Positions 42,381 to 53,130 are shown, counted from the stretch's first letter. The stretch: 64,000 nucleotides of DNA from Candidatus Eiseniibacteriota bacterium (GCA_016710095.1 JADJLL010000005.1:78354-142353); one strand, 5' to 3'. The notes: a model not told the origin generated them from the letters alone. Translations and numbers: made by a program.

Positions 42381-43333
42381 GCGCCCGCCAGGCGGCGGCG
42401 CAACCGGTCCACGAGCAGGCCGGCGGCGACGTTGACGACGAACGTGATCAGGAAGAGCAGGGCGCCGAGGAAGAAGAGCACGGAGTAGTGCGGGCTGCCG
42501 ACGACGACCTCGGCGAGCTCGGCGGCGATCGTCGCGGACAGCGTGCGCGCGGAGTCGAAGACGTTCGCCGTGCCGAGCGCGGCGTTGCCCGAGGCCATGA
42601 GCACGATCATCGTCTCCCCCGTCGCGCGCGCGAGCCCGAGCAGGATCGCGGCCGCGACGCCGGCGGAGGCCGCGGGCAGCGTCACGCGCCACGCGGTCTG
42701 CCAGCGCGAGGCGCCGAGCGCGAGGGACGCCTCGCGATAGCTCTTCGGGACGGCGCGCAGCGCGTCCTCGCACACCGAGAACGTGGTCGGGAGGATGCCG
42801 AGGCTGAGCGCGATGCCGGCGTTGAACGCGTTGAGCCGCACGGGCGCGCCGGTGACCGACTGCAGCCACGACGCGAGCACCATGAGCCCGAAGAAGCCGA
42901 GCACGACGGACGGAATGCCGGCGAGCAGTTCGATCGCCGGCTTGAGGATTTCGCGAAGGCGGGGCGAGGCGAACTCGGAGGCGAACAGCGCCGCGAGCAC
43001 GGCGACCGGCACCGCGAACGCCATCGCGACGAACACGATCTTGAACGTGCCCACGAGCAGCGGCACGAGCCCGTACTTGGGAACGTCGCTCACCGGCTGC
43101 CAGTTCGGGACGGTGAAGAAGCCGAGGAAGTTCGCTTCCCGCTGCGTCTCGGCGCTCGTGAAGATCGGGAGCGCCTCGCGGAACACGAACACCATGATGA
43201 GCAGGAGGCCGGCGACGGCGCTGAACGCGCACGCGCGCAGCACCCACGCGATGAAAGCCTCGCGCAGGCGCTGCAGGCGGCGGCGCCGGGCGACGTTCAC
43301 GCCCGGCTGGAGAGGTCCGGCGCTCGGGATCAT
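42377..43333 (-). CDS. pstC: Phosphate ABC transporter permease PstC
   Basis: Six TMs. [12 protein letters not shown]. 4-nt overlap with pstA. Confidence 0.85.
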
Positions 43334-43338
43334 GCGTC

Positions 43339-44172
43339 CTACTTCAGCGGGTAGTAGCCGACTTCGACCGCGAGCTTCTGGCCGGCCGGAGACAGCACCC
43401 AGTCGATGAACTTCTTCACGTCGCCCTGCGCGGGCTTGCGCAGGTAGAAGTAGAGGTAGCGCGTGAGCGGGTACGAACCGTCGTGCACGGTCGCGGCGGT
43501 CGGCATGATCGCCGCCGACTTCGCGTCCTTGCGCACCGCGCAGTCGCGCACACCCTTGGCGTACGCGGCGCCGCCGTAGCCGATGCCGTTCGGGTCGCGG
43601 GCGACCGCGTTCACCACGGCGGCCGTGCCGGGAAGCGTCTGGCAGCTCGCGGCGAAGTCGCGGCCCAGGAGCACGTTGTCCTTGAAGAACCCGTACGTGC
43701 CCGAGCTGTTCTCGCGGCCGTACAGGATGATCGTCGCGTCCTTGCCGCCGACCTGCTTCCAGTTCGTCACGGCGCCGGTGTAGATCTGCTTGAGCTGGTC
43801 GATCGTGAGTTCCTTCACCGGGTTCGCTTCGTTCAGGAACACGCTGAGGCCGTCCTTCGCGACGGGAATCTCGACGCCCATCGTCTGGTAGCGGTCGCGC
43901 AGCTTGAGCTTCTCGTCCTGCTTCATGGGGCGGGACGACTGGCAGATGTCGGTCGTGCCGTTGATGAGCGCGGCGATGCCGGTGCCCGAGCCGCCGCCGG
44001 TGACCTGCACGATCTGTCCGGCGTTCTTGTTCATGTACTGCTCGGCCCAGCGCTGGCCGAGGATCACCATCGTGTCCGAGCCTTTCACCGTGATGCCGCG
44101 ACCGGCCGTCGCGACGGCGGCACAGGCGAGCGCGGCGAACGCGACCAGCAGAGCGGTGCGAACGAACTTCAT
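43339..44172 (-). CDS. pstS: Phosphate ABC transporter substrate-binding protein PstS
   Basis: Signal peptide. GSDTM...TGGGSGTG...SSRP motifs of the PstS family. Confidence 0.85.
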   Translation of the reverse strand: MKFVRTALLVAFAALACAAVATAGRGITVKGSDTMVILGQRWAEQYMNKNAGQIVQVTGGGSGTGIAALINGTTDICQSSRPMKQDEKLKLRDRYQTMGVEIPVAKDGLSVFLNEANPVKELTIDQLKQIYTGAVTNWKQVGGKDATIILYGRENSSGTYGFFKDNVLLGRDFAASCQTLPGTAAVVNAVARDPNGIGYGGAAYAKGVRDCAVRKDAKSAAIMPTAATVHDGSYPLTRYLYFYLRKPAQGDVKKFIDWVLSPAGQKLAVEVGYYPLK

Positions 44173-44181
44173 CGTTGCCTC

Positions 44182-45447
44182 CTAGAACTTGTGCTGGACC
44201 TGCAGCGTCCAGAGGTTGTCTTTCGGGTCGGTCCAGCGCGGTCCGGTCTTCGTTTCAGTGCGCACGGCGTCGTAGGTCGCCGTGACGCGCGTGAAGCCGT
44301 CCCAGAACCAGTTCGCGCCGATGCTCCAGCGCGAGTACTGGTCGTGATCCGTGTCGACGTTCGGGTCCCAGGCGTCGAAGCGCACCACGCCCTGCGCGCG
44401 GTCGCCGACGTTCTGCACCCACATCAGGTAGCCGCCCGACGCGTCCGTGGAGAGATGGTCCGGATTCGCGCCGGCCTTGAGCAGCCGCACGGGATTGCCG
44501 CTCGTCGGCGCGACGATCAGCGCCTTCGCGGAGTCCGCGTTGGCTTCGTGCGCCATGTACCACTCGCCGCGCACCGTGCCGCCGCCGAGCGTCGGCAGCG
44601 AATAGAAAGCCTGCGCGTCGAACCCCACGCGCGACTTCTTCGCCGTCGCGTCCGCGCCCGTGAGCGGGACCGTGTTGCGTCCGAAGTAGTAGGACGCCGC
44701 GACGTCGAACGTGCCCTGCGACCAGCGCAGCCGGCTCACGAAGTCCTTCGCCAGCGTCGGATCGGAGTTCGGGAAGTCGACGTGGTTCACGCCGCCGCCG
44801 TTGAAGAGGCCGACGGTCGTCTGGATCGCCGGCGTCCACTGCGACACGAGCTTCACGCCGCGATCGCGCTCGCCGCTGAACAGCACGTTCTCGGCGCGCG
44901 AGCGTTCGGGCAGTTCGCGCACGCTCGAGCTGCGCTCGACTTCGTAGCCGAACGGCACGTTCTGCTGTCCGATCGTCAGCTGGTGATCGTGCAGCGGCGT
45001 CCACGGATCGAGAAGCGTGACGTACGCCTCGAGCAGGCGAACGGTGCGATCCGTACCGCCGTCGAAGTAGACGACCGCCTGGCTGAGCGCGCCCGTGTCG
45101 TACGTGAGCTTGAGCCGCGCGCGGCGGATGTAGAAGCGGTTCAGGTTCGCGGTCGTCGCCGTGTACGGGCTGCCCGAAACCTTCACCGTGTCGCTGTTCG
45201 CCTCACCCGACTCCAGTCGCGCCTGCACGTAGCCGGAGAACTTGATCTTCTTGAGCTTGTCGAGATCGTTGGTGAGCGACTGGATCTGCTCGGTGTAACC
45301 CTCGAGCACGCGCAGCAGCTGCTCGTGCGTCACGACGGCCGTGTCGGCCGACGCGGGCGCGGCTTCGTCCTGCGCGAACACGGGCGTTGCGAACGACACG
45401 GCGAGCAAGAGCGCGGCGGTCCACGCGGTCTTTCGCGGCTTCGGCAT
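44182..45447 (-). CDS. Phosphate-selective porin O/P family outer-membrane protein
   Basis: Start MPKPRKTAWTAALLLAVSFATPVFA with GGAGGG RBS. Beta-barrel. C-terminal Phe (LQVQHKF). First gene of the pst cluster. Confidence 0.75.
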   Translation of the reverse strand: MPKPRKTAWTAALLLAVSFATPVFAQDEAAPASADTAVVTHEQLLRVLEGYTEQIQSLTNDLDKLKKIKFSGYVQARLESGEANSDTVKVSGSPYTATTANLNRFYIRRARLKLTYDTGALSQAVVYFDGGTDRTVRLLEAYVTLLDPWTPLHDHQLTIGQQNVPFGYEVERSSSVRELPERSRAENVLFSGERDRGVKLVSQWTPAIQTTVGLFNGGGVNHVDFPNSDPTLAKDFVSRLRWSQGTFDVAASYYFGRNTVPLTGADATAKKSRVGFDAQAFYSLPTLGGGTVRGEWYMAHEANADSAKALIVAPTSGNPVRLLKAGANPDHLSTDASGGYLMWVQNVGDRAQGVVRFDAWDPNVDTDHDQYSRWSIGANWFWDGFTRVTATYDAVRTETKTGPRWTDPKDNLWTLQVQHKF

Positions 45448-45478
45448 CACGACCCTCCGAAACGAGTGGAGTGCGGCT

Positions 45479-45760
45479 TCAGTCGAGCGGCTGGTCCTTC
45501 TTGCGGCGGCCGTCGAGCGACCGGCGCCGCGCTTCGGCGACGATCGTTTCGTAGGGCACGCCCGCCGCGGCGAGGGCCGCCGCCCACGTGCCGTGATGAC
45601 GGCGCGCGCGCGCGTAGAGCGCGGGATGGGAGACGTGCACCCGGAAGAGCTGGCCGTCACGGGCGAACTGGCGGATCTGTTCGAGCACTTGCTCGCGGGA
45701 GGCGAGCGGCGGGCGGCCGCGGCGCGGCGCGGCAGCGCCTTCGGCGTGGCTGGCGGACAT
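45479..45760 (-). CDS. Small hypothetical protein (93 aa) between the pst operon and phoR
   Basis: MSASHAEGAAAPRRGRPPLASREQVLEQIRQFARDGQLFRVHVSHPALYARARRHHGTWAAALAAAGVPYETIV... Possibly helix-turn-helix-like. No family recognised. Confidence 0.3.
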   Translation of the reverse strand: MSASHAEGAAAPRRGRPPLASREQVLEQIRQFARDGQLFRVHVSHPALYARARRHHGTWAAALAAAGVPYETIVAEARRRSLDGRRKKDQPLD

Positions 45761-45910
45761 GAAGCACCTCGGCAGGAGTGATGCGTTGCAGGAGTGGAGA
45801 CCGATGGCCCGTATCGGTGAACGCACTCTGCCGGAAGGGGTGTTAACGGCCCATGAACGCCGCGTAAAACCGGCAAGTCGCCGGTATCGAGCGGGTGAGG
45901 ACGGAGCCGA

Positions 45911-47650
45911 TCAGGCCCGCGGAAGCTCGATCCGGAACGCGCTGCCGGCGCCGGGCTCGCTGCGAAGCGACACCTCGCCGCCATGCAGGCCGACGATGTG
46001 CTTCACGATCGAGAGCCCGAGACCCGTGCCGCCCTTGTCGCGTGAGCGCGCCTTGTCCACACGGTAGAAGCGCTCGAACACGCGCGGCTGGTCCTCGGCG
46101 GGAATGCCGGGACCGGTGTCCGCGACTTCGCACCAGACGCGCGATGCGTCCGTGCCGGCGCGCACGGTGACGGAGCCGCGCTCGGTGTACTTGATCGCGT
46201 TGTCGAGCAGGTTCGCGATCACCTGTTCGAGACGGGAGCGATCGGCCGTCGCTTCCACCGGCCCCTCCCCTTCCAACACCAGCTTCAGGCCGCCACGCTC
46301 GGCCGCGGCCTGGAACACCGCGACCTGGCGCGCGAGCAGCTCGCGCAGGTCGAAGCGCTCGCGGCGCAGCGACGCCTCGGGGCGTTCGAGTTCGGCGAGC
46401 GAAAGGAGGTCGTCCAGAAGCGCCTGCAGACGCTCCGCCTGGTCGCGGATCACGCGCACGAATCCTTCGCGGCGCGCCTCGTCCTCGAGCCCGCCGTCGA
46501 GCAGCGTCTCGGCGTAGCCGCGCAGGGAAGTGAGCGGCGTGCGCAGCTCGTGCGAAACGTTCGCGACGAAATCCTGGCGGATGCGGTTCACGCGCTCGAC
46601 CTCGGTGAGGTCGTGCAGCACGAGCAGCACTTCGCCGCGCTCGGGATCGAGGCGCGTGGCGACGGCGCGGACGAACCGCTGCCGCGGCGACCACAGCCGA
46701 AGGTCCGCCTCCACGGCGACGTGCGACGCACGCGCGCGCGCCAGCAGCTCGTCGAGCTCGGCGGACCGCGCGACCTCCGAGAACGGCGTGCCGGACGGAA
46801 CCTGCGCCACCGCGCCGAGCAGCTCGGCGAAGCTGGCGTTCGCGTGCACGAGCCGGTTGCCGGCGTCGAGCAGCGCGACGCCGTCCGTCATGTGCGCGAG
46901 GATGTGTTCGCGCTCGTCGCGCTCGTGCTCGAGCGCGTGCAGCCGCGCACGCAGCTCGGCGGACATGCGATTGAGCGCCGCGCCGAGCCGTCCGAGCTCG
47001 TCGGCCGGCAGTTCGAGCGCGCGCGCCGCATCTTCGCCCGCGCCGATGCGCACGGACACGCTTTCGAGCGCCTTCACGCGCGAGGCGAAGTGGTTGCTCA
47101 CCCAGAACGCGAGCACGAAGGACGCGAGCAGCACACCGACGATCGCGAGCGCCGACACGCGCAGCAGCGACGCGTCGAGGGCGCGCACGAGTTCGAGCGG
47201 CTCGGCGACGCGGACGACCGCCCACTCCGAGCCGGCACGCGCGGGCACCGCGACGTACTGGAGGTCCACGCCGAGCGAGTGGCTGTGCCGAATGTCGCGA
47301 CCAGCGCGGCCGGCGAGCGCGGCGACCACTTCCGGGCGGTCGCCGTGGTTCTCGAGCGAGTCGGCGAGCGCGCGGGAGTCCGCGACGACGCGGCCGTCGC
47401 GCGCGACGAGCGTGACGCGACAGCCGGACGCGCTGTCCGCCGCGGCGAGCCGCTCGGACAGGGCGGATGCGGGCATCGTTCCGTCGAGCACGAGCGCGAC
47501 TTCGCGCGCGTGGCGCTCGAGCGCGTCCGCGTTGCGGTCGCTCAGCCAGGCCCGCTCGACGCGGGAGAGCGAGAACAGCAGCCCGGCCATCGCCAGGAGC
47601 AGCACGAGCGCCGTCGCGACGAACAGCCGCGCGCGCAACGAGCGGATCAT
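45911..47650 (-). CDS. phoR: Phosphate regulon sensor histidine kinase
   Basis: Two TMs, periplasmic domain, PAS, H-box (NVSHELRTPLTSL), HATPase (DTGPGIP, GGTGLGLSIV). Confidence 0.85.
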   Translation of the reverse strand: MIRSLRARLFVATALVLLLAMAGLLFSLSRVERAWLSDRNADALERHAREVALVLDGTMPASALSERLAAADSASGCRVTLVARDGRVVADSRALADSLENHGDRPEVVAALAGRAGRDIRHSHSLGVDLQYVAVPARAGSEWAVVRVAEPLELVRALDASLLRVSALAIVGVLLASFVLAFWVSNHFASRVKALESVSVRIGAGEDAARALELPADELGRLGAALNRMSAELRARLHALEHERDEREHILAHMTDGVALLDAGNRLVHANASFAELLGAVAQVPSGTPFSEVARSAELDELLARARASHVAVEADLRLWSPRQRFVRAVATRLDPERGEVLLVLHDLTEVERVNRIRQDFVANVSHELRTPLTSLRGYAETLLDGGLEDEARREGFVRVIRDQAERLQALLDDLLSLAELERPEASLRRERFDLRELLARQVAVFQAAAERGGLKLVLEGEGPVEATADRSRLEQVIANLLDNAIKYTERGSVTVRAGTDASRVWCEVADTGPGIPAEDQPRVFERFYRVDKARSRDKGGTGLGLSIVKHIVGLHGGEVSLRSEPGAGSAFRIELPRA

Positions 47651-47660
47651 CGCGGCGCGC

Positions 47661-48353
47661 TCACGGACGCGCAGCGGGCGTCGCGAACTTGTAGCCGGCG
47701 CCGGTCACCGTCTCGATGTACGCCGTCTCCGCGCCGAGCTTCATGCGCAGCCGGCGCACGTGCACGTCCACGGTGCGCGTCTCGCCGAGATAGTCGTAGC
47801 CCCAAACCTTGCGCAGGAGTTCGTCGCGCGAAACGACGCGCCCCGGGTGCCGCGCGAGGAACGCGAGGAGATCGAACTCGCGAGGCGTGAACGCGATCTT
47901 GCGGCCCGCGATCGAGACTTCGCGCGCGTCGAAGTCGATGCGCAGGTCACCGCGTTCGATCGCGGCCGAACCGGCCTGCGGCTTCGCGCGCCGCAGCAGC
48001 GCGCGCACGCGCGCCACGACTTCGCGCGGGCTGAAAGGCTTCGTGAGGTAGTCGTCCGCGCCGTGTTCGAAGCCGAGCAGCTTGTCCATCTCGGCGCCGC
48101 GCGCGGTGAGCACGAGCACGGGAAGATCGGAGGTCGCGGGTTCGCCGCGCACTTCGCGCAGGATCTCGAGTCCGTTCTTGCCGGGCAGCATGAGATCGAG
48201 GATCACGGCGTCCGGACGCGACGCGAAGATCTGCTCGAGTCCCTTCTCGCCGTCGTCGAACGTCGCCACCTTCCAGCCGGCGCGCTCGAGGTTGTACTGC
48301 AGGAGATCGCGGATTTCCTTCTCGTCCTCGATCACCATCACCATCTCGCTCAT
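47661..48353 (-). CDS. phoB: Phosphate regulon response regulator (OmpR family)
   Basis: Receiver domain (VMVIEDE...DAVILDLMLPG) plus winged-helix (RTVDVHVRRLR). Confidence 0.9.
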   Translation of the reverse strand: MSEMVMVIEDEKEIRDLLQYNLERAGWKVATFDDGEKGLEQIFASRPDAVILDLMLPGKNGLEILREVRGEPATSDLPVLVLTARGAEMDKLLGFEHGADDYLTKPFSPREVVARVRALLRRAKPQAGSAAIERGDLRIDFDAREVSIAGRKIAFTPREFDLLAFLARHPGRVVSRDELLRKVWGYDYLGETRTVDVHVRRLRMKLGAETAYIETVTGAGYKFATPAARP

Positions 48354-48471
48354 GGTCGCCTCCGGGCGCGGATGCTAGGCGCGAGCGCGCGAAATCGTCA
48401 ATGTTGACGCGGCGAAACTGGCAACCCGATGCGCGTCGGGGCTAGAGTGCGCGCATGTGCGAGTCCCTTCG

Positions 48472-49344
48472 ATGACTCTTTCCACCACGCATCCGGCTCC
48501 GGCCATCGAACGTCTCGGCCCCGCCGACGTGCCCGACGTGCTGACGTTTCTCGACGCTGATCCGGTCACGAACGTCTATCTCATGGCGCTCGTCCTGCGC
48601 GACGCGCTCGCGCGCCCGAAGGACGAGTACTGGGCCGCGCGGCGTCAGGGGCGCATCACGGCGCTGCTCTATCTGGGCGGCCATTCGGGCGCGGTGCTTC
48701 CCGCGGGCGACGACACCGAAGCCGCGCTCGCGCTCGGCGCGATGGCGGCCGAACGCACCGCTTCGCTGCCCAGCCGGTTCCAGGTGATCGGGCCCGCCGC
48801 GATGGTGCGCGCGCTGCTCATGCGGTTCCCCGGCCCGGAGTGCGAGCCGCGCCTCGTGCGCGAGCAGTCGTACCTGTCGCTCTCCCCCGGCCGCCTGCCC
48901 GACTTCCTGCGCCTTCCGGAACTGCGCCACGCGCGGCGCGAGGACTACGCGCTCGTCTACGAGACGGGGGCGGCGCTGCGCGCGGAGGAACTGCTCGAGG
49001 ATCCGCGCGAGGTCGACGCGATCGCTTACGCCCGGCGCGCCGAGGAAGACTGCCGCGACGGTCACACCTGGGTGTGGCGCGACGCGCGCGGGATGTGTTT
49101 CCGCTCGAGCATCAGCGCCCTGACCGCGGACGCCGCGCAGATCTCGGGCGTCTACACGCCGCCCGCGCTGCGCGGGCAGGGACTCGCGACGCGCGCGCTC
49201 GCGGAGCTTTGCCTGCGGCTGTTCGACCGCTCGCAGCACTGCTGCCTGTTCGTGAACGACGTGAACCTGCCCGCGCTCGCGCTGTACCGGCGGCTCGGCT
49301 TCGAGCACCGCGCCGCCTGGATGTCCGCGTTCTTCGTGCGCTGA
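48472..49344 (+). CDS. GNAT family N-acetyltransferase (two-domain, acetyltransferase fold at C-terminus)
   Basis: C-terminal Q/RGxGxA-like motif RGQGLATRALAELC, and ...LFVNDVNLPALALYRRLGF. Confidence 0.6.
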   Translation: MTLSTTHPAPAIERLGPADVPDVLTFLDADPVTNVYLMALVLRDALARPKDEYWAARRQGRITALLYLGGHSGAVLPAGDDTEAALALGAMAAERTASLPSRFQVIGPAAMVRALLMRFPGPECEPRLVREQSYLSLSPGRLPDFLRLPELRHARREDYALVYETGAALRAEELLEDPREVDAIAYARRAEEDCRDGHTWVWRDARGMCFRSSISALTADAAQISGVYTPPALRGQGLATRALAELCLRLFDRSQHCCLFVNDVNLPALALYRRLGFEHRAAWMSAFFVR

Positions 49345-49353
49345 ACCGCGGCG

Positions 49354-50244
49354 TCAGCCGATCAGTTCGCGCGCGACGCCCGTCAGCCCGTCGGAGATCG
49401 GCTCCACCTCGGGCGCATGGGCCGCGAGCTGTTCCCGCACGCGCGCCGGCGTGTAGTCGTGCACGAGCCAGAAGAGCCGCACGTTCCGCCACGCCGGATC
49501 CGTGCGCTTGAGCACGAGCGGCAGCGACAGGTCGAGCGAGAACACGTCGCCGACGACCGCGTCGGGCATTTCCTCGCGAAGGATGCCGTCGTAGTACGGC
49601 CGCGCCGTCTCCACGGAAAGCGATCCGAACGACTCGATGGCGCTGTGCGCGGGATCGAGCACGAACTTGCGGGCGCCGCCGCGCAGGCGCAGCGAGCCCG
49701 GAACGCTCTCCGGGTGCACGACGTGCGGCAGCTGCGCGTGCGCGAACCAGCGGTCGAGCTTCTCGCGGCCGGAGTTCGACACGACGACGATCTCGATGCC
49801 GCCGGACAGCATGCGCCGGCCGGCGTCGGCCGCCGTGGCGAGCACGCCGGGGCCGCGCGACTTCTCGACACGCGCCACGGCTTCGGCGTGCGCGGCGCCA
49901 CCGAACGCCTCGAGCGACTCGTGACCGGGCTCGAGCACGGCCTCGTGGAGCGCCGTCGCGATCCGATCGATGCCGGCGTGCAGGTGGATGTAGTGGAGCA
50001 GCGCGCTGTGCTCGGCGAACGGGTCTTCGTCCGCGAAGCACGAAAGCCTGCCGCCGGGGGCCCATCCGTAGAGGTCCGGCTGCGCGAGCACGCGCCGGCG
50101 CGCGTCGGCGATCCACGCCTTCGCCTCGGCCTGCAGTTCGGGCGGCGACCACTCCACGAGCTGCGCGTCCACGAGATCGCCCTGCGTCCGCGATTCCTCG
50201 CGCGGATGCGTCCACACACCATCGAAGTCGGAGAGGAGTTTCAT
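49354..50244 (-). CDS. HAD superfamily hydrolase-like protein
   Basis: N-terminal motif I MKLLSDFDGVWT (DxDGV). 296 aa. Confidence 0.5.
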   Translation of the reverse strand: MKLLSDFDGVWTHPREESRTQGDLVDAQLVEWSPPELQAEAKAWIADARRRVLAQPDLYGWAPGGRLSCFADEDPFAEHSALLHYIHLHAGIDRIATALHEAVLEPGHESLEAFGGAAHAEAVARVEKSRGPGVLATAADAGRRMLSGGIEIVVVSNSGREKLDRWFAHAQLPHVVHPESVPGSLRLRGGARKFVLDPAHSAIESFGSLSVETARPYYDGILREEMPDAVVGDVFSLDLSLPLVLKRTDPAWRNVRLFWLVHDYTPARVREQLAAHAPEVEPISDGLTGVARELIG

Positions 50245-50374
50245 GCTGCGCAGGTATCACGCCGAAGGCCGTGCGGGCAAGGTCGCGCTTGACCGCGGAG
50301 CGCCGAATGGGCACGGTGCGCCTGCAGCTCCCCGCGTCATCACGGACGATACGCAGGATTCAGGGAGAATCATC

Positions 50375-51013
50375 GTGAAGCATTCGCTCTTCGCAGTGGC
50401 CGCGTTCGCGCTGGCCCTCGCGGCCGCGCCTGCCGGCGCCCAGATCTTCGGGCAGCTGTCTCCGGCGCCGCCCATTCCGCTCGACACCCGCCTCGGCGGC
50501 GCGTTCCTCTCGTTCACGACGAGCGAGTCCGAACTCCTCGGGCAACTCCGCATGAGCTTCCACCCCGGCGTGGACTTCGGGTTCCAGGGCGGGCTCTCGC
50601 GCGTCAGCGTGAGCGACGTGAACCGCACCTCGATCCAGCTCGGTGGCGACGTGAAGGCCCAGGTCGTTCGCATGGGCGCCTCTTCCCCGCTCGACGTCTC
50701 GATCGGCGGAGCGATCGGCGTGAACAGCGCCGACGACTTCACCGTGCTGTCGGTGGGGCCGACGCTCGTGATGAGCCGCACCGTTCGGCTCGACGAGCGG
50801 GCCACCCTCACGCCGTTCGCCGGCGCGGCGCTGCTCTTCTCTCGCAGCGACCTCGCGGTGGGCAACAAGAACGACGTCGCGGTGCCCGTGCGGTTCGGTC
50901 TCGAATACACGCCGATGCCCGACTTCCGACTGCTCGCCGCCCTGCAGGTGGGCGTGAGCGATGAGATCCGGGACGACCTCAAGCTCACAGTGGGAGCCAA
51001 CTTCCCGTTCTGA
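50375..51013 (+). CDS. Small outer-membrane beta-barrel protein (OmpW/OmpA-barrel-like)
   Basis: GTG start. Signal peptide KHSLFAVAAFALALAAAPAGA. Alternating amphipathic strands. C-terminal ...VGANFPF. Confidence 0.6.
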   Translation: MKHSLFAVAAFALALAAAPAGAQIFGQLSPAPPIPLDTRLGGAFLSFTTSESELLGQLRMSFHPGVDFGFQGGLSRVSVSDVNRTSIQLGGDVKAQVVRMGASSPLDVSIGGAIGVNSADDFTVLSVGPTLVMSRTVRLDERATLTPFAGAALLFSRSDLAVGNKNDVAVPVRFGLEYTPMPDFRLLAALQVGVSDEIRDDLKLTVGANFPF

Positions 51014-51037
51014 TCTCGAGCGCGGCTTTCCCGGGAT

Positions 51038-51466
51038 TGTGGACAACTGTGGAGGCCGGTTTGTAACGCCATTGATCGCAATGCGTTGCAGGCAGCTTTT
51101 TCCGGCTCTGTACGCCCGCAATCGGCGGTGATAGCCTGTCGGCCCTTCCTCTGGCGCGGCTCTCGCCGCCCACCCCGGAAGACTCGAGCGAAAATTACAA
51201 CTACATGGTGCATAAGTGCTTAGCGCGCGCTTTCCCGGAGGCGTGGTCCGGCCGAACCCGCTCCGTCGAGAATCCTGCGCGGAAAACTGTGGAAAACTTG
51301 TGGAGGAAAGCGGCGAAAACGCCACCCATCTTGTTTGATTCCAGTGATTTACAAACTGTCGTTTCTGTGTGGATAAGTCAGGTGACGGATTTCCACAAGA
51401 TGCCCCCCCGCAAAGCCTGCAGCCGCGATTGAGCGAGTCTCTCCCCGCTTCAAGCTTTGTGGATAA
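51038..51466. promoter_or_regulatory. oriC / dnaA promoter region with DnaA-box cluster
   Basis: Perfect TGTGGATAA (complement TTATCCACA) at 51368-51376 and 51458-51466. One-mismatch boxes TGTGGACAA (51038-51046), TGTGGAAAA (51288-51296), TTGTGGAGG (51298-51306). TTCCACA at 51391-51397. Relatively AT-rich stretch at 51186-51225. Confidence 0.75.
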
Positions 51467-51497
51467 ATGTGCGAACCATTCTGCAAGGACCGTAGAA

Positions 51498-52910
51498 ATG
51501 GCCGTCCTGCCAGTGCAACCGGAGGAGCAGACGCGTCTCTGGGAGCAAGTCCTCCTGTCTGTGAAGGCCCAACTCACCAGCCACCAGGCGTTCGACACCT
51601 GGTTCCGTCCCATCGTGGCGCGTGAGCTGAGCCCCCAGCTGGTCGATCTCGAAGTTCCCAATGCCTTCTTCGTGGATTGGATCCACGAACACCACCTCAA
51701 CACGCTTCGCCACGCTCTTCGCGAAGCATTCGGCACCACCCCCGAGATTCGCTTCACGCCCCGCGAACCGATCGCGCTTCCGTCCCAGCCCGCTCCCGCG
51801 CAGCCCTCGGCGCCGGAAGTGAGGGCGACGACGGCCGCGCCCGCCGAACCGAACCGCCAGCCGAGCGGCAAGCTCTGGCTCGAGAGCCAGCTGAACCCCC
51901 GGCTCACGTTCGATTCCTTCGTCGTCGGTGGCAGCAACCGCTTCACTCATGCCGCCTGTCGCGCGGTTTCCGAGAAGCCCGGCCTGGTCTACAACCCGCT
52001 CTTCATCTTCGGCGGGTCGGGGCTGGGCAAGACGCACATGCTCCACGCGGTCGGTCACGCGCTGAAGCGGGCGCGGCCGGACGCGCGCGTGCACTACGTG
52101 CCGGCCGAGCGCTTCACGAACGAGATGATCTTCGCGATCCAGCACGGCCAGACGCTGGCGTTCCGCAACAAGTACCGAAACGTGGACCTGTTGCTGATCG
52201 ACGACGTGCAGTTCCTGGCCGGCAAGGAAAGCACCCAGGAAGAGTTCTTCTACACGTTCAACGCGCTGCGTGACGCCCACAAGCAGATCGTGGTGACCGC
52301 GGACAAGGCGCCGAAGGACATCCAGGGCCTCGAAGATCGCCTGATTTCACGCTTCAACCAGGGCCTGATCGCGGACATGAAGCACCCGGATCTCGAAACG
52401 CGCATCGCCATCCTGCGGAACCGCTGCGAGCAGGAGGGTGCGGGGCTGCATCTTCAGGACGACGTCCTGCTGCTGCTCGCGGATCGCATCAGGGGCAACG
52501 TACGCGACCTCGAGGGCTGCCTGGTCCGATTGCTCGCGGTGGCGTCGCTGACGCACCAGGAGATCACCCTGGAGCTCGCAGAGGACGTTCTGGCGCAGTA
52601 CGTCAACGCCGAGCCCGATCACCTCACGCCGGATCGGATCCTCGCGGCCGTGGGGGAGAAGTTCAACATCAAGGGCGACGCCATCGTCGGCAAGCGCCGC
52701 ACTCAGATCGTGGCGCTTCCGCGGCAGGTGGCGATGTACCTGATGCGCCAGCTCACCGACCTGAGCCTCGCCGAGATCGGCCGCGTGTTCGGCGGACGCG
52801 ATCACACGACGGTGCTCTACGCGTGCGAGAAGATCGGTGAACGCATCAACAGCGAGGATGCTTTCCGCGAGAAGATCGACGGATTGATTTCCACGCTGGC
52901 CTCGGGATAG
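51498..52910 (+). CDS. dnaA: Chromosomal replication initiator protein DnaA
   Basis: AAA+ Walker A GGSGLGKTHL. Box VII. C-terminal DNA-binding helix-turn-helix (VALPRQVAMYLMRQLTDLSLAEIG). Confidence 0.95.
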   Translation: MAVLPVQPEEQTRLWEQVLLSVKAQLTSHQAFDTWFRPIVARELSPQLVDLEVPNAFFVDWIHEHHLNTLRHALREAFGTTPEIRFTPREPIALPSQPAPAQPSAPEVRATTAAPAEPNRQPSGKLWLESQLNPRLTFDSFVVGGSNRFTHAACRAVSEKPGLVYNPLFIFGGSGLGKTHMLHAVGHALKRARPDARVHYVPAERFTNEMIFAIQHGQTLAFRNKYRNVDLLLIDDVQFLAGKESTQEEFFYTFNALRDAHKQIVVTADKAPKDIQGLEDRLISRFNQGLIADMKHPDLETRIAILRNRCEQEGAGLHLQDDVLLLLADRIRGNVRDLEGCLVRLLAVASLTHQEITLELAEDVLAQYVNAEPDHLTPDRILAAVGEKFNIKGDAIVGKRRTQIVALPRQVAMYLMRQLTDLSLAEIGRVFGGRDHTTVLYACEKIGERINSEDAFREKIDGLISTLASG

Positions 52911-53080
52911 CTGTGTATAACCTGTGGATGGTTGGGGAGAGATTCGAAGGATTCCTCGCGACGTGCACTCGTCGTGGAAAACACGAGACTTCTCCCCAGC
53001 CCATCCGCACGGCGCAACCCTTTCGCCGGCATCAGGTTCCAAGCTCGCGAACAGGGTTCTCCCCCAAGACCACAGCGCCT

Positions 53081-53130
53081 ACTGTTTCTAAGTCTTTTAA
53101 TTATTGAAATTAAAGAACTTAGAAGCGGTT
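53081..53130. promoter_or_regulatory. Strongly AT-rich island in the dnaA-dnaN intergenic region, candidate DNA-unwinding element
   Basis: actgtttctaagtcttttaattattgaaattaaagaacttagaag in an otherwise ~70% GC context. A DnaA-box-like TGTGGATGG sits at 52923-52931. The string GGTTGGGGAGA is repeated at 52931 and 53129. Confidence 0.45.

Noticed and set aside
45761-45910. Searched for Pho box (PhoB-binding direct repeats) upstream of the pst cluster
   Set aside because: I could not identify a convincing 7-4-7 CTGTCAT-type repeat by eye. Left uncalled.
46550-47890. 446 aa plus-strand ORF over phoR, and the 625 aa ORF 46530..48407
   Set aside because: Out-of-frame or antisense to phoR and phoB, which are unambiguous.
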